DNA of 64,000 nucleotides. Origin: Azolla caroliniana. Taxonomy: Eukaryota > Plantae > Polypodiophyta. Where the stretch lies: positions 1,612,001-1,676,000 of the forward strand of contig JBHGNT010000005.1 in NCBI GenBank assembly GCA_043228905.1, written 5' to 3'. The notes below the pieces were generated by a model. The model did not search any database. It saw only the letters and a program-made list of their open reading frames with translations, and was not told the origin of the DNA. Positions 12,828-24,129 of this stretch are shown one piece after another (within the stretch, counting starts at the first letter, position 1; each line of letters begins with the position of its first letter). The position numbers and the translations under genes are program-made.

Positions 12828-15800
12828 TCACTCCATTAGGAGGTCTGGAACAGGTTGTTCTACAAGATCAGCTGGCAATTGTGTTGCACCTACATGGTCT
12901 GTCTCCTCAGTTGAATCTTGTATTTGATCAAACCCCGATGCATCTTCATGGTCAACAAGATTCCCTCTTTCTTCGTCTATAGGTTCCATCGGCTCTCTAG
13001 AGGTTAGCTAAAACATCTCAGTTTCATTGATATGCTTTGCCCCAACCTCTTGGTCCTAATCGGGACAATCCTAGATGCCTTGGATCCTCATCTTAATAAA
13101 ATTGACTTGCCCGGGGTCCTTCTCTAATGCGACGCAGTTCCTGAACAGTTTAAGAGAGCATGCAATCGTCGTTCGTAAACAAACAATCACACATGCAAAA
13201 GTAATAAAACAAAGATAGGAAATTCTATTTTATTTTAAGAAGAATTGATTAGACTTATGAGATTACCTGTACCAGAAAATAAGTCGAGCACACAATCATC
13301 ATGGTTCGAGAACAACTCGACCAATTGATTAATCAATCGTTGGGGCTTTTGATATGGGTTTACAAGACTCTTGTTGCCAGACACATGGCACAATTTCTTC
13401 ATTACAGCTGGGCACATGATATAGTTGACGACGTTCTGCTCATTCACACGTGCCCGAGCCGAGCCTTCTTCTTAGAAATAACGTCATAATATCCCACACA
13501 CAAATGCTCCACAACGCTCACCATTCAATCACCGGGGGTACGAGTTATGTTTGTTTTAACCCTATTTTGTAATTGAATTGAAACAAGTTAATATATATGT
13601 AGTAAGCACCATAGAATCCATATATTAAATATATAGTAACATAAAGCTTACCAATGCATGTGTTCGGTAGCATGGCATCTCGACTTCAATGTAGTAGTGA
13701 CCGATAAAGCCTGGCCCATACTATGAAATATAACGATTCGCCATAATGGAGCCATGGTCAGCTCTACAAAGTCTTTTACCATATTCTCTATTTGCGGATA
13801 TTTGTATGGTACATCGTCGTATGTAGAGCCTGATATCCGGAATCCATACGGTATATCCGCAACGAGCAATGTATAATGTCTCTTGGGTAATATGTCAAGC
13901 ATATTACCCACATCACCATTATAAAGACTATAGTGCAGTTGTTGGAAAGGATCAACCTTGTGAAAAAAACTTTTCACAGTATCTAAGCCCTCAGGCACCT
14001 CGAGCTCCTTTCCTTTTGTCATTCGTTTCTCATATTTGGCTTGTTCCAAATGGGTGATGAAGACGCCTAGTATGCCTTCATTGTTGTCACCTATTTTCTT
14101 TGAGCGAGGTGGTTTCTGTAATCATATGTTTTGTAAGAAGATACCCATTATCCTAAAATGAATTAATATTTGTAAAACATACATACCCATTCTCTAAACA
14201 CAATGAAGAATTCTTCAAGAGCCTTGTATAATGATGTTTTGGGACACAATTGCCCCACCGCTTCCCACGTAGGCAGGGTCACTTTTTTCATCATCAACTC
14301 TTGTATCTTCATATAAACCTCATGGCTAAAAATTAAAAGAAAGTAAGTTTAGAATAAAGAGCAAATCAACATATCCATACAATGAAAATAATTCATCACA
14401 TAGAGTACTCACTTTTGAAACTATGTGACCATTTCATCAAGGCTGAACTCATTGGCGGTCACTCTTGGTAATACAGATATTAATAATCTGCCATCTTTGA
14501 TTCCTTGCAATGATTGCCAAGGAAGCAACTTCATATCCTCAACTAATTCCACTTTTGTGACTTAGATTTCATCTCCACTTGTGGGTCAAGCTTAGCCTTC
14601 TTTGATCTTTGACCCTTTATTTCTTTTTGCTCCCACATACTAAAAATTTGATCTTGGAGGTCCCACACCTCCCCTATTGTGAACGCAAGTTGAAACCACG
14701 AGTCATATTTCCTCGGGCCTTCAGACTTGGTGCTTTCGTCAATTGTTATCCCCACTTCAAGTAGACATTGTCGTCGCAATCCAGGATGTAGCCTAGAACC
14801 AGATTTTTGCAACGCATCAAGATACTTGTGATGGAACCAGATGCGCTCGATACATGACATCTTCTGTCTGTAGTCATTATCATTGTTATGATCCCAAGCT
14901 AGCAACTTGGCTTCTTCATGTGTAAGGCCAACGTACACTTTACATTCTGTATATTTGAAGAATGGGGTAAGAGGATACTCTTTCACAAGTTGACGTCGAG
15001 ATTCAGTAGAGTGGGATCCTCCAATCACGTCGTATGTGAAGTCATCAACCGAACTGTACTTAAAGTCAGCCATTGTTGGGCACTGATCAAGGTCTACCAT
15101 TACTAAGAATGGCACTGTAACAGTGGCATGTGGATTTATCTTCATTTTTCTTTTTAAGTTTTGCCCATCCACTGAATGTGGCTCTCTTATTTCTAGAGTT
15201 CGTCTTCCTGTTTTAGGATCAATGGGTGGCCTCTAAATAGAGGAGATCGGCAAGTGAAATAGTTGTCCTTTAGGGACAATTTTCGTCTTTACAATGTTTG
15301 CTCTGATCCGATTTTGCTTCGAGGTGAGTATTCCCAATGCAATGTGGTTCCCTGGAGGAATAACTTCGAGCTCGGTATCTTCCTCATCTTCCACGAACTC
15401 GAGTACCTTAGGCTCGTCCTCCTCAAGTTGCTACCTTTTCTTGCACTTCTTATGTTCCGGTTTTGATTTCTTTGTAGAATTCGGTGGTGTGGTTGCTTGT
15501 GCGACCATCAGCTCTCCCTTAATATAAGGACGCAAAGCAACACTCAAATTATTTTTGGTTTGAACATCTTTTTTCAAAGCTTTTGGGTGGCCAGAGTCAG
15601 TTACGAAATTTTGTTTATCTATCCTGACTCTACGCATCCCCACCGAGCTATCAACATCAAACAAGAGGTTCAATGAGTTGTTGTCTTCATATTCAATGTT
15701 CTTTACATGGCCATAGGTGAAGGTCTTCCCCACCTGCAGCTTGCCCTGACCTTCAGATTTCGCAAAAATAAGGAGCAAATCTCCTTCTGGCTCGATATAG

Positions 15801-16057
15801 ATTAATGTCCACTTGACATGAGGGTAGCTCTTTAGGCGAGGCTCCCCACTACTCTTTTCGCCTAAAGTGTTCGTCGTGTATCCGACAGAAGACTTTGAAG
15901 TCCCATCACCTAGCAATCTTCTTTCCCTTGTTCATGTTGCTGACGTTGGTGTCAACTTGACAGGGGAGGCGAAAACTGGAAGTCTTGGTTGCTCTGTGCT
16001 CATGTGCTCTTTTGTTGCTTGAACGTGATAATGGCAATGGGAAGATGACTTTCCCAT
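12828..16057 (-). pseudogene. ParB/Srx-like domain + beta-class N6A/N4C DNA methyltransferase, five exons, about 960 codons reconstructed
   Basis: Exons 16057-14413, 14325-14187, 14115-13652, 13561-13267 and 13174-12828 join in phase. Motifs in order: YDVIGGSHSTESRRQL (ParB-like), LLVADIPYG (motif IV), WVKTN, NPYQKPQRLINQLVELFS, VLDLFSGTG|TTIACSLKLFRNCVALEKD (motifs X-I-II). Several in-frame stops, two frameshifts and one mutated acceptor. Confidence 0.85.
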
Positions 16058-16198
16058 ATTTATTTATTTATTTAAATAATTTTTTAAAATTGTTTTTAAA
16101 CATGGTGCTTATTATAGAACTAAACTTGAGCCTATTTTGGACTTAGTTGATCTTAGTTACCCTTACTCAAAATATCCTCAAACTCGAGTAAAAATTCA

Positions 16199-18568
16199 AT
16201 GTTTTCTATTGAGCCTTTTAAATTATTTGATAAATCGTTATTCTCATTCGAGGAATATAACCATGTTAATAATAAACGGTGTCATATAAAGTCAAACGAT
16301 GATCGAGAGCAAAGTTCAACGTCACTTTTTTCGATAGAGCCTTTTAACTTAGGTAAAATAAGAAATATTAAAGTAGATACAAATCATGAAGAGTCTAGTT
16401 TATCGAATGTTAATGAGGACTGTGTCAACAAGCCTCTAAATTTTCGAAGAGTTCCTTGACAAGTGAGTGTTAAATGATATAATTTTCTGTGTTCGGAACG
16501 CCAAATTGCAATTGATATATGCAAGGTATGTTGTGGGAGCCTTTGTCTATCAAAATTTGGAAAGGCAAACTTGCGGGGGTTGCGACAAAAGTATTCTTGA
16601 TTGCCAATATGCAACTTGTTAAGGACCATATGGCAGTGTCTTGTTCTCAGGAGTTGGAATATTACCGTTCAATTACTATGAAGAGTTGTCGAGTTGCTTT
16701 TAAAATTGCCTATAGCATCAAGAACATGAGGCTACAAAGAATTCAACATCGATTACTTAAGGGGTGGTGGGTATCTTTTAACAATACAGAATGTACATGT
16801 AAGGGTCTAATTGGGTGACATGTTGTTAGATGGATGGATATATATTTCTCGAAGCAATGTGATGTTATGGCCACCAATGGAAAGTTACATTTGTCAGATA
16901 ACTTCACTCGTCGTGAGGTATACCAAGTGTATAAGGATGACATGTTATTGGAAAGTGTACCTTACATACAATATCGACATTTTAATCGTTTATGGAGATC
17001 GAAGTTTAACAATGTGGTCATACCCTGCAAGGTCTGGATGGGTGTTTGTTCTATATGCGCGAGTTTAAAAAGCATGACAAAGAGTGGGACAACAGATGAA
17101 GGAATAACAAAATATAAGAATTTATTGAGAGAACATCGAGAAAGGCAGGCGTTGGAAATATCTATAGTTATGCACCATCGTCAAAAAGGGCTTCAATTGC
17201 CAGCAAGATATATGTGCTTGATTATAGATGCGATGGATCAGAAGAAAACTTGTTTGCCACATTTTCGAAGGTTGCCCAAGGATGTTGGAGATGAATGCCT
17301 AGTGTAGATGCACTTAATAGGATGTCTTCCATATTGTCAGACAATAAGGCCTCAAGTATTCCTAACTTATCCAAATATCCATAATGACCCTAATCTTATA
17401 ATGACAATCATGCAAAGAGTTCTACAGAGTTGGAAAGGTTTACTCCCACCAGTACTATATATGCAACTTGACAACACGGTGAGAGAAAACAAGAACTCAA
17501 AAAAGTTTAAGCATGTTAGTAGACCAAAAAAGTGTGGTCGGTCATAACCAGATCACGTTGTATGCCAAACAATACTCATCTAGTTCGCAATGGGATCCAC
17601 AAGACAGATGTAGGCTCTTATTGCATTTCCTAGATGCAATAATCTATGGTGCTGAGCAAATGCCGTATGACGACCATAAAAGATTGGTCGTTGGTAGTTC
17701 AATTGAAGAGCAAAAGATATATTGGATGCGGTGCCTTGAGGAAAAACAGAAAAATATTGAGGGAACCAAAAAGTACATTGGTGATCAAGATGTGGATTGG
17801 CGGGATGTTTTCTCTAATCATCAACATACAATATTAGATAACCACTTTACAAGGTACTGGCCACTACAAAATCAATTCGAATGCGCGCTTGGTGGCCCAT
17901 CAATGGCGAGCACGACTCCTTTACAACCACTAGATAATCTTGAATTAAATAATCTAGTTCGTCCACGACAAAGAGATATTTACGTGGGACCAAGATTATC
18001 GCATGTTGCATGGGCGAGGTGGCAAGGCAATCTACATGAGCTACAAGTTGGTATGTTCGTTGCAACATTAGCTAGGGGTGATATGTTGGGCCATCCCTTC
18101 TGGATTGCCAAAATCATTAAAATTATTAAGGATGATGAAGGCAATCAAGTAAAATCTATTGTGGTTCATTGGTATCATACCTCTTCCAAGTACTCTTTAG
18201 AGATGGTTAAGGATGTCGAAGGCACAAGCAGAAAGCGGAGAAAAAAGAATTTACCAAGCACGTCTACTCTAACACTTGATAATGTCGACATACTCATGTT
18301 TGACTTCCCCTTGACCAAAACAGGTCATCTAAGACAGACTACAATCAAGATAATAAAGGAGAAGATCCCAGATGTGCCTGTTGACGCAATACAGAGACGA
18401 ACAAGAAGTATGTCGACAAATCATGATGACGTTGGATTGCAATTGGATGAAGACAATGCATTGGTTGCTAGTGATGATGAGGATGAGACCTCACAAAGCT
18501 CTTCTAGTTCATCGGGTGGGTCTGAAGGGGAAGGCGTATCTCTGGGAAGTGATGGATCTCATATATGA
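16199..18568 (+). pseudogene. Sola-like (DUF7869-type, by recollection) DDD/E transposase with C-terminal Tudor/BAH-like beta barrel
   Basis: Joined ORFs give CKVCCGSLC, CRVAFKIAYSI, YFSKQCDVM..GKLHL, CSIC, LIIDAMDQKKTCLPHF, LYMQLDNTVRENKN, then LQVGMFVATL...PFWIAKIIKI...IVVHWY. In-frame stops at 16457, 16816 and 17305; frameshift/deletion near 17510. Confidence 0.75.
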
Positions 18569-18803
18569 AATGTAAATATTGTATGTTACATTAATATGGC
18601 AATTCACAAATTTGTAATTTTTGTACGTTCTCTTGTACATTTCACGTGTTGATTATTAGGGGCATTTTTTGAAAGCCCTAAATTTTTGGACATGGTATAA
18701 ATCAATATATTATGATTCAATTTCCAAAACCCTTTACACATGTAATGGTCCTTTTTGTGAAATGACCTACTTTGTGCCTTTTTTGGACGGATTGTTCTTA
18801 AAT

Positions 18804-18838
18804 TGTGACATATTACCTGTTTCAAATGACCCAGTGTT
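18804..18838 (-). repeat. Right terminal inverted repeat
   Basis: tgtgacatattacctgtttcaaatgacccagtgtt; inverted match to 12005-12039. Confidence 0.85.
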
Positions 18839-19083
18839 TTTATGCCGATTTACTTGTAATATAGATTTAGATTAATTTTGTAATCTAGGTTTACGGGGGA
18901 GATAACCCCAATCACTTGTACATGTAGGAAAGAGTAGTCCTTTTACGAGCCTCAAGGAGTTTGTTGGCATAAAAGGTCGACTCCTTCCACTTTGTAACCT
19001 AGTGTAAACCCATCTAAAGAGTTAGGGCTTAATATCTAAGCAATAACCTAACATTGTAAAAAGCAGTCTTGTATCTTGAGTCT

Positions 19084-19085
<2 letters not shown>

Positions 19086-19123
<38 letters not shown>
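19086..19123. repeat. (GA)n microsatellite
   Basis: Direct reading of the sequence. Confidence 0.97.
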
Positions 19124-19125
<2 letters not shown>

Positions 19126-19229
19126 AATGTATAACGAAAGCTCCCATTAGAGTTGAAACTATGTCTACGTTTCCATTATTTCTTCTGTCATATTCTCTAT
19201 GTTGTTTGCTGAGCACATAACCTAGGTCC

Positions 19230-20277
19230 TTACTTACTTCCCCGCATTCATTCCATCACGGTGGCGCCCAAATCAAATAGCCACATTCGTACATCTTGTG
19301 CATTGTACAAGATCACACATGTTGATGAGGCTTCTAGTAGGACTTCTCTTGACAATAATTCGACACAATGAATTTGGTTGGCGGTTGATGACTGGATTGA
19401 GTTGGAAGAGCCTCTGTTCCGCCTGAATCTTCAGCTTCTACCCTACTTATTCAATGACTAACATTTGGCAACTTGGTGGCCGACCTTTCTGTAATATGTG
19501 CAATAGGCGTTCGAAGGCGCACCTCTCAACTTCGACCATTGTCGGTCATTTCTCCTTCTCTGCCTGCTTTGATCATGGTCAGTTCTTTGAGTCATTCCCT
19601 TGGATAAGTGAGCTTCAGCAATGTCATCGTGCCTGGTAAGTCCAATCGACTTTCTTTGAAGCTCTTTCGACAATACCACTCTGATTGCTTCGTCAAGCTA
19701 CTAGTGACGATCGTGTAGAACACTTCCCAACTCGTCAGGAAGCTCGAAAGGAGTGCATGTGCCTTGATTTCTTCTTCAAAAGGCAGGCCTTGCGAGGAGA
19801 GTTCCATCAACACCCGGCTAAAGGTGTTGATATGGGAGGTTGTCGCCTCTATCTCCCTTATCTTCATATTGAATAACTGTCGAATCAAGATGAGTTTGGT
19901 GGAACTCGACTTCTTTTCGTATATCAATTGAAGTTTCTCCCGTAGATGTAGTCGACTCTTTTGCCATATTGATGCATTCCAAATCGGATTGTCGATCTTG
20001 CAATCTCATCAAACGACCGCCATTCTTTGGTTGTCATCGTCGATGGTTTTTTGTTGTGCCTGATCGCTTTGATATGACGTTTGATGATCAACACATCTTG
20101 CATCATCTCCTTCCAAAGGGCAAAATTTTTTACGTCGAACTTTCTGATTTCACAACCTGTACCAGATGTTGAAGCCATTGTTCTTTTGAAGGTGATTTGT
20201 TTGGCCTAGTCCTTTCCTTTAGTGTTCTACCTCTTCTTATACTAACGTTGCCAAGTTCCAAGATCGCTCTGACACCA
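19230..20277 (-). mobile_element. Decayed Ty1/copia 5' part (PBS, gag, zinc knuckle, start of protease)
   Basis: GCEIRKFDVKNFALWKEMMQD (copia gag N-terminus), YEKKSSSTKLILIRQLFNMK, CTYYRKVGHQVAKC knuckle, WLFDLG protease start. tRNA-iMet-type PBS TGGTGTCAGAGC at 20266-20277 (minus). Confidence 0.85.
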
Positions 20278-20559
20278 CTTGATGACACTTGTAGTGTCTA
20301 GTCGACTACTGTGTGTAGTCTGTTGGTCGACTATGCAGAAGCAAGTGTGGAGATCTTGTTGATGTGAAGCAAGCAAGTGTAGAGTAAGTGTGAGGTGTTG
20401 TGATCATTGTTCGATATACACAGAGACAGTTACACAGTTATTAGCAAAGAGAAGATATGTATTATCATTCGTCATCATTTGTACAAAGGGTTTAGCCCTA
20501 ACTCCAAGGAGATTTCATATTTAGAAGTACAACGGTCAGAAGTAGGACTTTTAGCTCAA

Positions 20560-21008
20560 CAAGCTTAACAATTTAAATGGTTTAGTTCGGTTTGAGCCTT
20601 TATTGGTTGAATGATTTTCGGTTTAAACTGTTTGAAACCATGGTTTAAACGATTCAAACAATTTAAATTGTTTGATGGTTTAGAATTGACACATTGAAAA
20701 ATTTCTTAAATATTTTTTTGAACATTTTAAGCCTAATTTTGATATTTGAAGAACAATCTTTTAATTTTGAGATATTAAACAAATTTAAAATTTTTACAAT
20801 AAAAATGTGAAATTTTGAATTTTGACAAATTTTAACGGTTTAACGATTTAAAGGTTTGAAAGCCTCTAAGACCGTTTGGTTTGAGCTTGATTTTTTTGTT
20901 ACGGTCCAGTTTAAATGGTTTCATGGTTTGGTTTGGTTTAAGTTTCAATTTTTTTAAACAGTTTCAGTTTGACACTCTCGAACCAAACCAAACCATTGCC
21001 GACTGCTA
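20560..21008. mobile_element. MITE-like relic rich in GGTTT/AAACC subterminal motifs
   Basis: Clustered ggttt/ggttcg motifs ending in aaccaaaccaaaccattgccgactgcta. Only one plausible terminus seen. Confidence 0.4.
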
Positions 21009-24000
21009 ATCACTATTGTTTTTGACATTCAAAAGATCTGCAAAATGTTATAACATGAGGAAGAGAGCTAATTGTTGGTTTCAAGGAATTTGGGAATCCA
21101 ACACCTAGGATTTGTTGACATATGGATATCACAAGAGAGTGGATCATGGCGATGCATGGTAGGCCTACAACAACTTCTTTCTCACCCTAAGTAAAATGTT
21201 TCCTATTGTAAAATACAAATTGGATATTTAATTTGCTAACCTCAATATCATTATCATGTTCTTGGTGATCCAAGTTAAACAAGGTCATGACACAAATTTT
21301 GGCTCCAAAATCTAAGCATGGGTTGAAAATTTACACACAAAATTGTCTCTATTCGCTGCAACTGAGATTCAAACCCACACTTCCAATTGATCATCACTCC
21401 ATTGTCGAGCCATTCTCGTGAGCATAGCAGCAAAATTTTCAACTCAAAATTTTGAGTACCAAAGAGGAATTTTGAGTACCATAGAACACACACATAAACA
21501 ATATGGCCTAAAGCCTACCCTTCCCCTGTTCAAATTATAAAACCTATGTACATACAACAATTTGCACACTTGCGCAAATACACACCTATTTACACATGAA
21601 TACTACACACATACACAAGTACACATAGACATAAAATACAAGAATTTTGCATTTGAGGCAACGCTTTCCGTATTCACCCTTTACATTGTTAATGTGCATG
21701 ATGCGACACAACATAAAACATTTTTCTCGAGGCTTCAATTGACAATTTGGAAAGCACGAACTTTATTAGTACACCATCATGTTTATGTTTTTGAGTGTTA
21801 GAATAACAATAATATAATCTCAACAGATCTATACACAATAATTTATAGAGGTGTCTAATATAAATAAAGGCAACGCTTCACAATCTACATTACCACACCG
21901 TATCTCGTTTAAAGTGTCGAGATAAAAATAATATCAAAGATTTTTTGGTAAGATGTAATTTTATAACACGAACTTCCTTTTTGTAAGTCCCACATGCCCT
22001 CTCGAAGAATATAGACACACTATTTCAATGGAGATGTAGGCTCACACAATAGGAAGGTGAGATATAATCCAAGGATTAAGAGTCAAATTTCACTCCTTTT
22101 GATTGATTTCTAAGTTGTTTAATGATGTATTCTTATCTATACTAAGTGATGAGTGAATAAAAAGTCATTATTTTTCTCTATTTGGGTCGTTGCCCACCTA
22201 CACTAGTAGAGCATCTCACAACTATCAAGTAAATCTACCCATTACCGAAAGCTTTATTGGACTAGTACATGAAATAAGTCATGAGTCGGAAGATTACTTC
22301 CTCAATATGGTTCATTGTTCTGAAAACCTAAATCTAAACCCACACAAGTATGCTACCATATATTAGGGTTTTATCTTTCTATGTCAGCCCTAATAATGAT
22401 GCCCAATTTGGATCCCATGCCAAAAAACCTTGTCTAGACAACCAATTTTCTTTTGTTTTACCTACATTTCTAATTCCTATGGTGGTTTTTCTAGTCTCAT
22501 ATCAAGGTTATATGAGCCATGGAACCCCTACAATGTAAAGAACATTTCATTTCATTTCCAAAAGGACAATCTCACTCTACCTTAAAGAAGTGTTATACCA
22601 TTGTCAATGTTTTTGGTCTATTCAATCATAGTAGAGCAAAACATATAGTTGTTACTCCAAATTTTGCAATAGTAATCCATCACTTTGACATAGATAAGGC
22701 AAAAGCAAGTTTATAATTCAAGTGGAGATGAATTTAAACAAGCTTTTCATTCTAAAGAGGTGAAGGTAAAGTTGATGAAGACAATGATGATCCACCGACA
22801 ACAATAGAATTTTTTTAATTTATAAGTGTGACACTCAAGTCAATGCAATTGCCAATGAATGGATATTATGGAAGATTGCCAATGAATATATATTATGGAA
22901 GATCAAATCACAACCATTTCTAGTGCGTTGGGGTATGAAATGTACCATTGCAACACCATAACTATTTACCAAGGACGCATTATTACTTTTCAAAGTATCA
23001 ACATTTTGATGCATATTGCTTCTTGACAAGGTATAAGTATTGTGGTGATTGAGATTGGTGAAACACTTATACCTGTCATAGCTACATATCACTAAGATAG
23101 GGACTCTGCAACCATAGGGGTAAAAAGCATTTAGACATCAAATAGCAACATGTTTGACGTTGAACATAGGAGTTCATAGAATAGCTATATATGTAAAAGA
23201 ATGCATTGTGGCACATTCAAGTTGTGGTAGCCCCAAGACTTCGAGCTTACCAATACAATATGACAATTTTGCGCCTACATAACTTCTCATAAAAACTAGT
23301 CCCAAGTAGCATTTTGAGCACATCTTCAATTTCTTTTTCGGCAAAAAGCTTGCTTATAATAATACCTTGCTCATAAAGCTCAGACTACAATGCTCCTTTT
23401 TTTTAATATTCTTATGGATATTAATAAAGTTAAGAAGAGATGACTATAGGGATTAAAGCAAAATAAGGTTATTAAAACATTGTCGAAAAAGTTAGAAAAT
23501 AAAAATAAAAACTAATGGAGGTGCTAGGTTGCTTAAAAATTTGCCTATAATCTGTCTTTAGTTGTTATGTGTACTCTATGTCCCAGGTAGAGTCCTTACT
23601 CTCTACATTCTATACCTGATTTACACTCCACATCATTCCCAGAGAAGGACTTATTGTGTTAATTAATTGCTTTATGCAATATCACAATCTAAATTATGTC
23701 TTTTCATTACACTTTCTCACAAGGGGGTGCCACATTGCACGTTTTCAAACTAGGTCTTAGACCAATGTTCATAAAAATATCTAGTTGCTTATGACAAGCG
23801 ACACAATGTTATGTAGAAACTGAAAAGTGATGCAATGTCGGCCTCTCATTCTCAATCTGTAAGTGCTTTTGAAGTCCGTTTAAAAGTCAATGTTCATTTG
23901 AAATATCTACTACCTACATGGAATACAAAGTACCTGAATACTATGTCGAACACAAGTGTCTCGCAGCACCTCTTGTTTGCAAATGGAGTGAGTGTGTACA

Positions 24001-24129
24001 AGAATATTTTCACATCTTGCAAGAAGGGATTCAATCTATTACAACTTAACAATGTAAGGGCTATCTCAATGTAAGGAGAATATTTTGACATCTTGCAAGA
24101 AGGGATTCAATCTATTACAACTTAACAAT
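24001..24129. repeat. Near-perfect 53-bp direct duplication
   Basis: agaatatttt.acatcttgcaagaagggattcaatctattacaacttaacaat occurs twice, starting at 24001 and near 24077. Confidence 0.9.

Larger units (their letters stand above)
12005..18838. mobile_element. TIR DNA transposon (6.8 kb) carrying a Sola-like transposase and a divergently oriented ParB-DNA methyltransferase gene; decayed copy
   Basis: Left end AACACCGGGTCATTTAGAACATGTAATATGTCGCA matches the reverse complement of the right end (AACACTGGGTCATTTGAAACAGGTAATATGTCACA) at 30/35 positions. TTTAT lies at 12000-12004 and 18839-18843. Both genes lie between the TIRs. Confidence 0.85.

Noticed and set aside
12828-16057. Bacterial contamination or a prokaryotic restriction-modification operon as the source of the MTase
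   Set aside because: The gene has spliceosomal introns, lies within TIRs among plant retroelements, and no restriction endonuclease is seen.
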